Source: Iphione sp. A-MEVVRFRX5 (taxonomy: Eukaryota). From it: a stretch of 64,000 nt of DNA. The translations under genes were made by a program, and so were the position numbers. The notes beneath the pieces were generated by a model. That model was not told where the DNA came from, searched no databases, and saw nothing but the letters and a program-made list of their open reading frames with translations. Positions 37,141 to 47,579 of the stretch are shown here, piece by piece. The stretch is from positions 97,030,001 to 97,094,000 of the forward strand of contig OZ320315.1 of NCBI GenBank assembly GCA_976226885.1. The letters run 5' to 3'. Positions within the stretch are counted from its first letter, which is position 1; every line of letters starts with the position of its first letter.

Positions 37141-37778
37141 TCAATTGAACGTTTCATATATGAAGTCCACCATTTCACTCTCCCAGGTAGATAGGACATG
37201 CACGACAACAGTTACATTTTCAACTAGCAGTTCTGGCCTAAAAATACTATGACCATTTAACATCTCATGAACTGGCCATACAATGTCAGGTGTTCCCATA
37301 CCATTTCGCGCATTCATCCCCGCACACATTGCATTGAATAATATCTGATTACATAGTTTTACCTGGCAAGTAACACATCCCGAGATCAGAGTCTTCCCAT
37401 ATATAGGTACAAAAACACATGCCTGTACACTTGGGATATTAAGTACAGCGTCAATATCTGACATCATGCCCCAGATATTAGTAGCCATTCCCCAACAAGA
37501 GTCTTTATTGCACTCTCCAGTAGAGAGTGTATTCCTAGGTGAATAAATGTAACATTGTAGTCCGGGTCATCATAGCCATCCAGGAGATTCACCATTAATT
37601 CCAGACTCGCTCCTGCTGATCCCACTGTCTGCCAATCCAGCCAAGTGTTCAACCGAGCAAACAGTCGATAGCTCAGCTCAAGTCCTCTCTCATCAGTGAT
37701 ATAACGAAAACTGAGACTATCCCCTCCTACAACAATGCACACAATCACAGTATCACACAATTGCATTATCCTGTGCAT
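37141..37778 (-). pseudogene. ORF-X (SGNH-like) of copy 2
   Basis: YITDERGLEL...YNVTFIHLGIHSL...VFVP...TPDIVWPVHE. Confidence 0.6.
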
Positions 37779-37913
37779 TATATTTATGTCTCAAGAGTGT
37801 CATATTGATATCATTGGCTACGTCGATTTAATACAACAACACTTCACAGAATCTTCCCTCAAGATCAACTTATTAATCGGTACCTTTTTGACTCCACTCT
37901 TTACTCATCCGTT

Positions 37914-38390
37914 CTAGTCAACTGATTGGCATTTGTTACACAATTCACACAATATTTTACCATTATGATTGAGCCCCTTGTATTTACCTTCCATTGTAAT
38001 ATCCTCATAAAGCCTCGATCCCCTACACAAGAAATTATCCCCGCCACTGTCCACGATATCTTTGCCAGTTGTATTCACTAGGGCCTCACGTAAGGTACTG
38101 TTTGACTCAAATTTAGCCAAGTGCAGATCGTATAGAATTTGTAGCTCTTTCAGAGCCCACTCATTGGTTCCCTGTATTTTACTACCTAATCATCTGGCAT
38201 TGTAGGGGCACTTCTCAGACCTTATTTTTTCAGCGGTTACCTCATTGTTACAGCATACAGCCTTTAACTCTTGGTAAGCGTGTTCAACCGACGCATATGT
38301 CACACCGTCATAGTTTACGTCACATCGAAATAGGCTTGACAAGGGACAATGAGCACCCTGTATTGCTACCACGCTGTCCGTTTCTCTAGT
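37914..38390 (-). pseudogene. NADAR domain of copy 2
   Basis: VAIQGAHCPLSSL...YASVEHAYQELKA...; AKFESN..LREALVNT...D.FLCRG...YKGLNHNGKILCEL. Confidence 0.8.
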
Positions 38391-39184
38391 GTTTGCACTT
38401 TCTAATGAGATGTCATACGGCAGCTTGTCGAAATTGTTAGACCCATAGCTAGTGCCCTCAATTAGGACAGTCAGGCCCGTACACCGGCTCTTAATCCCCT
38501 TCGTCGCGCTTCGCTTGCTACTGTTTGTAGGTCCTGGTATACTGACATCACCCCCCTTGGTATATCCTCATGGATATAAATGTACGAATATTCATCTATT
38601 TTCTTCAACTCAAACCTTCTCCTATAGATTTTGTTTCTGACTGACACTGAATTCAATGATAACAGTACTGGTCTTTCATGGTCTTCCCTGAACTTTCCCA
38701 GTCTCTCGATGGTATAAATGTCTCCCTCGTTGACATTTCTGTCCAGAGCATACATTATGTCCAGTACCAGTTCCTTTAAATCAACTTCATCTCTGTCCGG
38801 GACATCATGAAGAATGAGGTTGTACCTTCTTCGGTATACTTCCTCCTCCAGCGTTTCCCGTTCAGTTGGTTCAGCTGACTCAACCCCCTCCTCCTTTTCC
38901 TCCTTTCCGCCTTGTGTTCCCTTACCTTCTAATTCTCTCACACGATCTTCCAGACTTGTAATCCTATCGTTCATCTGTCTTAGCAGCTTTACAAGATTGA
39001 TATTATCTTGTATAAGTTTTTCAATGAGCTGACTAAGCTCACCTGTTTTGTGTTCCGTGCCCGCTCGTATAGACCTTAGTTCACTAAGTAAGTGCTCCTC
39101 ATTTGCAAGTATACTGTCCAATGTTGTCGCCTCTTGCGTCATGATACTCCTTAGTCCTGGGTTTGGAGCACACCCTCGGTTCAA

Positions 39185-39950
39185 ATGGTGGGGAGTGAAA
39201 AGAACCGTGTAATGCACCCTCTCTTAGCTCAATGTCGACATACCTGCGCACAGCGTTGAGCTGACTCTGTGCTGACGGATGGTTCGGTACTGGTTCCCTG
39301 GTAATTGGAGGACCAATATATCCTAATGGAAATCCGTAGCGGACGCCCTCGATGACGTAGGTATCAAGGGGGTGGCTGGTAGCCCTTGCTTCCCACTCTG
39401 GTATGTTGAGCCGAGATGGAAGATCGGGGCAGGCAGCCTGGTTGTTGTTCAGGCCTGTGCCAGCGACGGTGGTGTATATGTAGGCTTCCGCTGCAGAAAG
39501 GGGGCCACACACAGCTGGCCATGTGAGGTGTCGGTGCTCGGCCAGCAACTCCGTCGCTGGTGGGGTGGGGGATCCTGTCTCCCCTGGTTCGGGCCAGCTG
39601 TGGCCCGGTTGGGTGCAGGGGTGCTGCGCCGTGATGTTTGCCAGTGGGCGGGGGCCCGCCCGGCCACTGGTCGAGGTCCATATATTTCTACTATAGTGCA
39701 AATAATCAGTAGAATAGTTTGGATATGAAAAATTCTTAGTCGTTTTGGGTTGGGAAAAAAGTGTTCTGGAGAAGGGCTGTGGACGAGGAAGGTGGTACTC
39801 GGTCGGGGAAGGGTACAATCTGGTCTGGGGACGTTTCAGTCAGGCTTGTAGGAGTGTATAGCTGTTGCTACTTCGCTCCAAGTCATGGCTGTCTTGGCTG
39901 GAACTCGGGGGAGTGTGTTAGCCTGTCGCGGTAGCACCTTGAGAGAGATT
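39185..39950 (-). mobile_element. Host Ngaro-like element, part 1: pre-RT region up to ...SPPFEP
   Basis: LPSRLNIPEW...YGFPLGYIG...NHPSA...ELREGALHG.F.SPPFEP in ORF 39099..39818. Confidence 0.8.
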
Positions 39951-40079
39951 CAAGGGGAGTTCTTTCTGGACACGAGTTGCAGAGCAAACAGAGAGTATAG
40001 CTCAAATGAGGAACAATGAGTCTATGTGACGTAAGCAGATCTGTATTTTGCATATATTATAAGCTGAAACACACATAGT

Positions 40080-42330
40080 TTTACATACCTGATGTATCCT
40101 GTTCTTCCACTTGAGGTCAGAGTCTAGCAAGTAACCCAATATATTTAGGTTATCACATTTTCATAATCCATCAATGTCAGCTGACAAACCGTTGTTATTG
40201 TTGTGGTTTAATACAATATAGCCACTTTTTGCGGTGTTAAGTAACAGGCCATGCTCTTGTGCCCAGTTTTGCATATGTTTTCAACTAGTTATGTTTTCAT
40301 TCAGTTGATCTGTATCACTACCATACACAACCATGGTTACCTCATCAGCATACATAGTTGCCAGGATATCCAGGGCCAAACCATCAGGAACTGAGTTTAT
40401 GATCATATTGAACGCTAGCAGACCTCCTCAATGATGTATGACCCTGGGTAGTAACCACCTGTTGTCTATCTGTGAAGTAATTTTCTATTAGTTTAACAAA
40501 TCTAAAAACCCGATTCCCTCAGTTTTTGAAATACTATCCTTCTGTCCAATAGGTTGGTCAAGCCCATTCAAATCTTCTCAAGTACATTGCCAGGTAACAG
40601 GAGGGTTGTTATGGGCCTATAATCTTTTGTTTCATGGGTTATTCCTCCTTTATGTACCGGAATCACAAAACCCAACTTCCAATCAGTGACAAACTCACCC
40701 CACTCCAAGCAAAGATTGAATAGTTCAGTTATTCGATCAACATCTCCTTTCATTAAGTCTAATAGTATCCGCGATGGAAGGTTTTCTACCTTTGACGATT
40801 TTGATTTGCTCATCTCCCTAATGGCCAGATTTACTTCATCTTACTTGAAGGGTAACATTTCCCAACTAGCTTTTGGGCTATCTGAACTATCAATTTTGAG
40901 ATCAATACTTCTCGCACTTTCCGTCACCTTATCAATGTAGTAATTATTGAACCTCTGCTGTTTCATTCTCTCCTACTACATGCCCATCAACCTTTGAATT
41001 CCCTTGCGCCTCCCCTAAGCAGCTTGCATAGAACCCTTCTATTTCCATTTATACGATTTTTTTTTACTATTTTGTCAAGATGTAGATATATTTTCATCGC
41101 ATCACCACCTGCTTATTTCTGCTTTTCTTATGAAAATATCTTTTATTAGTTCCCTTAGTTCCGTAGAGATTGGCACTTTAGAGGGTTTGTCTTTGAACCT
41201 TCTTACCCGTTTGGGAGCCACGTCATCTGGCACTGCCACATAGTGAGACTTCATCTTCAACCAGGCACTGTCAGGCTTTCCTTCTCGATCTAAGATGTTT
41301 GCAGCATCACACCGAACGTTTTCATTAACTAGGTCACTTGAATAGTATTTATAGCTTCTGACAGTTTTGTTCAAAAGTTGTGAATAATGTTTAAATTTGC
41401 CTAGTTTGTAGTTGACACTAGTTCCTAGATGATTACTAAGTCCATCAGTCAAGACATCAGCCTCATTGAATCCATAATGATTTGCAATAATGAGATCTAA
41501 ACATGAGTTTCCATTTTTCATCGTTGTCTTATCAGTTAATTGATTTTTGTTCCAATCTGACATCACCACCACGGTGTAGAAATGTCTTTTGCCAGGTGGA
41601 TATATTTTTACAGTATCTCATCATCATCACAGATACATAAATCATCATGCATTTTAATAGTACAAATTGAATTAGCAAACAGCATAATCCCTCCACCATT
41701 CTTTTTCTTCACCTCATTACGATCTTGTCTTAATATTTTATACCCATCGACAGTAAGAAGTCTTCATGCTTTAGCCAGGTTTCTGTAAAAGCATACACCA
41801 TGCACTTATCATTGTTGATATACTCTTTTACTTGTGAAAGTTTATTTGTAATGCTTCATAGATTGTGATGGACAATTGTTCATTTACGAAGGCTCTGCAT
41901 CTTCACTTCCAAATTAAAGTAATTCAGACTTGACACACTCACAAATGTTATTGCACGAGTTACCAGCAATGTAGTGAGGAATCTAGCCATCTTCCTCGAA
42001 CAGCCCATTTCGGAATACAGCTGCTCCCTCCAGTATTTCATGGATTGGCCAGGACGTCTCCGGAGTGTTGTGGCCATTTCCCCAGTTGAAGAGTTCAACC
42101 GTCAGGTTGAAAATTGCAATCTGTCTATAGAGCGTACTCTGGAATGAAATTCCCAAGTGGGTTAGATCTTGAGCAACAATTGGCAAGAAAATTACCTTGG
42201 TAAATCCATTTGCCATGGAGTCTCATACAGCTCCAAACAGCTCTTTATCGTTGTTGTAGATGAGGGACATCACCCCCTCATACTCCCTGATACTCAGATG
42301 GATGATGGCAGCATTCTGGAACCAAACCCA
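40080..42330 (-). mobile_element. Heavily decayed LINE of the same family (ORF-X, APE, RT)
   Basis: TPETSWPIHE (41983..42216), RQDR...GGG (about 41700), SCLDLII, DYRPIT and YADE. Confidence 0.7.
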
Positions 42331-43479
42331 GGGATAGTATACTTAGTCCTCATCCTCTGACTCCTCGTATCCCAGCTCTCGAGCATTGCTCAAGTGCCAA
42401 GGCAGGGGTGCACATGGGTGAAGTATTTGGCATACGCATCTCTCACTGCAATTCCGTCTCATCGCATTCGATGGGCGGTGGGTCTGGTGTCCCTGAAAAT
42501 GTTGGTTTCCCGTCTAGCTGTGTCGCATACCAACTTGATCTTGGCCGGGGTGGTATGGGCCTGAATCATGTTGTGAAGAATGCAACACGCATGTACAACC
42601 TTGGTAAGCGTATGAGGGTCAAGGCAGATGCTGGTGTGGAACATCCTCAATCTCACTGCCAGGATGCCAAACGTGGACTCGACCATATGTCGAGCTCTGG
42701 ACAGCCTCTTGTTGAAGATGGTCTTGTGTCGGGCATTCAATTTTCCAGGGAAGGGTCGCATCAGGTTAGGAGATAAGGGGAAGGCCTCATCGCCGACGAA
42801 GGTGAAGGGCAGAGGCCCTAGATGATCAGCTCCTGGTAGAACTGTTGGTGGTGGTAGATTCAGGGTGCCAGCATTCAGTGCCTTACCGAATGAGCACTGG
42901 CCAAAAATTTCAGCGTCACTGTTCTTTCCATAACTGCCGATGTTGATGTACATGAACTGATAGTTCACGTTCACGACAGCCATTAGGACGACCGAGTAGG
43001 TAGCTGGAATCAAGGGAGATGCAAATATCCACGTACATATCAGAAATAAGGTCGGGCAAACAGATAATCGGAACAACGGAGAGTCGATAAATTGATAATA
43101 GGTAAAACGGATAATTGGGATGTAAATTATTAGGGCACTCAGACTTGTAATTGTAGAATAGAGATCCAGACAATTTGGGGCAAAACATCTTTGTGTTTGC
43201 CATCCACTGCACCTAGGCATGTTGGGTAGTCCCAGCTCTTGCCGAAGTTGGCTGCGACATTCCTCCATTCTTCTATTCTTCTACGGTGGAAGGCATTTTC
43301 ATGTAGTCATCACGCAATTCCTTGTTAATGGCGGTTGCCACCTCACGGATGATCCTGTGAACTGTAGTATGGCCAAGCCGGTACTGCAGTGCGAGGCTCT
43401 TTTGAGATTCTCCAGTTGCTGCATACCTGTGACAAAGACATTACACACACTTATTGACACATTTTCTTTCATTACAGAA

Positions 43480-44070
43480 CTTCACAGGATGACTTTGATG
43501 ATGTCACCACACAAGACAAGGAGGTTGTCGAGATAGACAGACACTCCACTACCACAAACAAAGCGGAAAGCTAAAGACACTGCGCGACAGCCTGTAGGTG
43601 CGAAAAAACAAAGGGTCAGTAAAAAGGTCTCTGCTGGTGTCGCTGAGGTGAGGAACCTCAATGAGAAAGCTGGCACCTTCAATGAACACATGGCTATGGC
43701 AGTCAAGTGTCTTGAGAAGGTGACGCACAGGGATGAACCGTCAACTTCTTCGGCCTTACAATCGGAGTGCGCCGAACTTGTGAAGGAATGGCGTAGTCCC
43801 AAGTGGCGTCCCTGGATACAGATCGTGGAAGATGATACCATAACAGGCCATTGACAAGCACACCTAACACGCGTGTTGCCCAGTATCCTGCAACACCCAC
43901 AACCACCCAACATGTCACTCCAAACAACAGAGTGCAGAAGCGACTCATACATGATGAACCCTCTGAATATGGTCATACTCAGAGCGTCCCTGAAGCTGGT
44001 GGTTTCAGAGAGCTGCTCGGTCAGACGAACAACATTGTCAATAATGTCTATGGCAAACAGTACTATTGAA
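43480..44070 (+). pseudogene. Possible terminal exon of the Harbinger accessory gene, antisense within the transposase intron
   Basis: A pyrimidine tract and AG acceptor at about 43460-43478 is followed by the basic stretch TKRKAKD...KKQRVSKK and ORFs 43648..43854 and 43851..44069. No diagnostic Myb/MADF motif is visible. Confidence 0.3.
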
Positions 44071-44808
44071 TGAAATGATACCACCAGAACAAGCAAGTTT
44101 TTTGATAGGATTGTTTACAATGAAATTCTGTAGTAATATTTCTGTGGTATATACAGGTGATGACTAATTTTTTTTTCCAGCATAACCTTTAGTACATTCA
44201 ATTTGGACTCATATTGTTTACTTGTATTCTATCCTGTCAATCAGATCAATAAAAATTTCATTCTTGAATGCTACTTTGTCAAACTGTACAAGAAATAGGG
44301 TATACCAGTGTAAAACAATAGCAACAATGCTTACAAATATGCATCGGTGCCATTATTAACAGTTAAACCAGGAAAACGGATGTTCGGTAATTATTGCACA
44401 AAAGGTTCAAATTTACATTTGGAATATCTCAACCAAGTTACAGATAATTGGTTGAACGGATGTTCGGTAAATAGTTGGCAAAATGCACAAAATTACATTT
44501 TGGAATAAAACAACACAGTTATCAAGGTAAGCGGAGAAACGGTTAATAGGTAAAACAGATGTTAGGATGTACGGATAATCAGAGAAAAAAAATTTAAAAA
44601 ACAAATTAATAAAAAAAAATGAATACATACCTGAGAAATATGGCAACTCTAAACACAGTAATCAAGGTAATCAGAGAAACGGTTAATCTGTAAAACAGAT
44701 GTTCGGATGTACTGATAATCAGAGAAAAAAAAAAAAAAAATTAATAAAGAAAATGAATACATACCTGAGAAATATGGCTACTCTCTCTTTATGGCAAATG
44801 ATGCATCC

Positions 44809-46500
44809 GTTACGTGGCCTCCTCTTCAGGTATGGTGTCAATCGGTGAAGGACCTCGTTGAACTGGGGAATGGTCAGGCAAAAGTAGCCTCTAAATGCTT
44901 CATTCCAGTGGAGAAAATCTTGGATCAAGGTATGGAAAGCCCCCAAGATGCTCCGCTTCTCGATGATGGGGTCTTGCCAGTACTGATGTTTCCTCTTTTC
45001 GTGAGCAACTTCTTCAACTGTTTTCATGACAGTTGGACTGTAAAATAAGCTTGTTTGAAAGCCTGGAATATCACAGACGTAAGGACCAACTCCTGTGGAG
45101 TAAACATTGTGGCGGCGATACGGATAATCGGGCCAAAAATTGGGTTACGTGGCCTCCTCTTCAGGTATGGTGTCAATCGGTGAACGACTTCGTTGAACTG
45201 GGGAATGGTCAGGCAAAAGTAGCCTCTAAATGCTTCATTCCGGTGGAGAAAATCTTGGATCAAGGTATGGAAAGCCCCCAAGATGCTCTGCTTCTCGATG
45301 ATGGGGTCTTGCCAGTACTGATGTTTCCTCTTTTCGTGAGCAACTTCTTCAACTGTTTTCATGACAGTTGGACTGTAAAATAAGCTTGTTTGAAAGCCTG
45401 GAATATCACAGACGTAAGGACCAACTCCTGTGGAGTAAGCATTGTGGTGGCGATACGGATAATTGGGCCAAAAATTGGGTTACGTGGCCTCCTCTTCAGG
45501 TATGGTGTCAATCTGTGAACGACCTCGTTGAACTGGGGAATGGTCAGGCAAAAGTAGCCTCTAAATGCTTCATTCCGGTGGAGAAAATCTTGGATCAAGG
45601 AATGGAATGCCCCCAAGATGTTCCGCTTCTCGATGATGGGGTCTTGCCAGTACTGATGTTTCCTCTTTTCGTGAGCAACTTCTTCAACTGTTTTCATGAC
45701 AGTTGGACTGTAAAATAAGGCATACGCTTGTTCCAAAGCCTGGAATATCACAGACGTAAGGACCAACTCCTGTGGAGTAAACATTGTGGCGGCGATACGG
45801 ATAATCGGGCCAAAAATTGGGTTACATGGCCTCCTCTTCAGGTATGGTGTCAATCGGTGAACGACCTCGTTGAACTGGGGAATGGTCAGGCAAAAGAAGC
45901 CTCTAAATGCTTCATTCCAGTGGAGAAAATCTTGGATCAAGGTATGGAAAGCCCCCAAGATGTTCTGCTTCTCGATGATGGGGTCTTGCCAGTACTGATG
46001 TTTCCTCTTTTCGTGAGCAACTTCTTCAACTGTTTTCATGACAGTTGGACTGTAAAATAAGGCGTACGCTTGTTCGAAAGCCTGGAATATCACAGACGTA
46101 AGGACCAACTCCTGTGGAGTAAACATTGTGGCGGCGATACGGATAATCGGGCCAAAAATTGGGTTACATGGCCTCCTCTTCAGGTATGGTGCCAATCGGT
46201 GCACGACCTCGTTGAACTGGGGAATGGTCAGGCAAAAGTAGCCTCTAAATGCTTCATTCCGGTGGAGAAAATCTTGGATCAAGGAATGGAAAGCCCCCAA
46301 GATGTTCCGCTTCTCGATGATGGGGTCTTGCCAGTACTGATGTTTCCTCTTTTCGTGAGCAACTTCTTCAACTGTTTTCATGACAGTTGGACTGTAAAAT
46401 AAGGCGTACGCTTGTTCGAAAGCCTGGAATATCACAGACGTAAGGACCAACTCCTGTGGAGTAAACATAGTGGCGGAGATACGGATAATCGGGCCAAAAA
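44809..46500. repeat. Tandem array of about 5 units (335, 335, 342, 342 bp spacing) derived from Harbinger transposase exon 1
   Basis: The anchor gacagttggactgtaaaataag occurs at 45028, 45363, 45698, 46040 and 46382. Confidence 0.95.
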
Positions 46501-46799
46501 ACGTCCGAACAGGGCGAATTCTTCTGTCGAAGTGGTGGTTGGCGCTAAAATTTGGCGGGTTTGTAAACATCTGTTACTAGGGACTGCATCACTTCCGTGG
46601 GAGTCCCCTGGGCTTCCCCAAGTGCAAACGCACTCAAACGCACGGACGCTACCGCATGTAAGGAACACCCCTGTGCAGCGGTCTGCGGCGGTGTACGGAG
46701 AAAAGGTGCGAAAACCAATAAGCACCCCGTCGATGCGTTTACTGCACTGAAACGCACACACATACCAACGCATGTCGCCGCATGTATGGAAACTGGGCC

Positions 46800-47560
46800 G
46801 TAGCCAACCCTTAACAGCATGAGATCATACAAGTGGGTGGTAGAGAGTATAACTCACAGCAGATCCACGATGCCTAGTGATTCCAAAGTTATGGCAATCC
46901 AGGCTGTCAACTGCAGTGTTTCCACGAACATCAGTTCCCCCAGGGTGTGACCACTCTCGTCACCGATAAATACAACTACCGGATGTCTGTTCATTATCCT
47001 ATGACAAAGAAATACATAGGTATTTAACGACTGTAATTGCTCATTAAAAAGATCACGTCTAAGCGACATAAGGGCTTTACCAAGCAGGTTTTTGCCTGTG
47101 TTCCTGACCTAGTGTCTCACTTCGTAACAAGTTTTCACCTGTACCTAGTATGGCATCACCTGTTGATTCCCTCAGGTACTTGTCATTCTTATTGAGTAAG
47201 GTAGACATGATTGCTGTGTATCGTGATAACTTACTTTTGTAAATTTGAGTCACAAGGTCATGCCTCTTGATTTCCCACTGAGAATCCACCTGAATTCTGT
47301 CTGAAATGTGCCTTAGCTGTCCTGCCTGGTGAGCTGTGAGTATATCCTCGGCTGTCTGCTGCCAACCGTGGTATACGTATTATGCTCTGTGGTAAGCATA
47401 TGCCTGTAGTATGGGCTGCCTGAGGAGTGAAAGGAACATGAGGGCCAAACCATATGAGACCGAGCCCCCCCCCCCCGAGGCAAGTCCCTCTATCATATGA
47501 CCAACCAGCCAGATCATACGACACGACAGGGTGCCGGGGAGTCACCAGTCTGGCGCGAGC
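46800..47560 (-). pseudogene. NADAR domain running in frame into an ORF-X start (LINE remnant)
   Basis: WFGPHVPF...TEH...W.IKRHDLV..IYKSK...LRESTGDAILGTG...GKALMSLRRDL...HPVVVFIGDESG...YDLMLLRVG (several frameshifts). Confidence 0.65.
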
Positions 47561-47579
47561 CTAATGTCATCCCATGGGA

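Larger units (their letters stand above)
34001..39177 (-). mobile_element. NADAR-LINE copy 2, 5'-truncated, flanked by a GGTTCAA target-site duplication
   Basis: ORF1 38471-39177, NADAR 37914-38390, ORF-X 37141-37778, APE 36148-37030, RT 34363..35706, (GAAACTT)n tail. GGTTCAA lies at 33994-34000 and 39178-39184. Confidence 0.9.
42400..46799 (-). mobile_element. PIF/Harbinger DNA transposon, intron-containing pseudogenised transposase
   Basis: ERVAIFLR|YAATGESQKSLALQYRLG, CLGAVDGKH, SGSLFYNYK, YSVVLMAVV, GSYGKNSD, GDEAFPL, FNKRLSRARHMVESTFGIL, CCILHN. A candidate 5' TIR GGCCCAGTTTCCATAC ends at 46799; no second TIR was found. Confidence 0.85.

Noticed and set aside
37714-37740. VVGGDSLS as the catalytic GDS(L) motif of ORF-X
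   Set aside because: Alignment with the other copies places block I at the downstream YITDERG, so this GDS is probably coincidental.
42990-43140. Second intron in the Harbinger transposase
   Set aside because: An insertion is present between NYK and TYSVV, but the obvious GT/AG pair does not restore the frame, so it was not called.
44809-46500. Regular repeat array as a possible CRISPR
   Set aside because: Units are 335/342 bp, fully repeated with no unique spacers, and encode Harbinger transposase N-terminal sequence. There are no cas genes and the context is eukaryotic.
47461-47480. C/G homopolymer runs (also at about 5180 and 62250) as functional G-quadruplex or regulatory sites
   Set aside because: They are isolated homopolymers inside decayed TE sequence with no supporting pattern.
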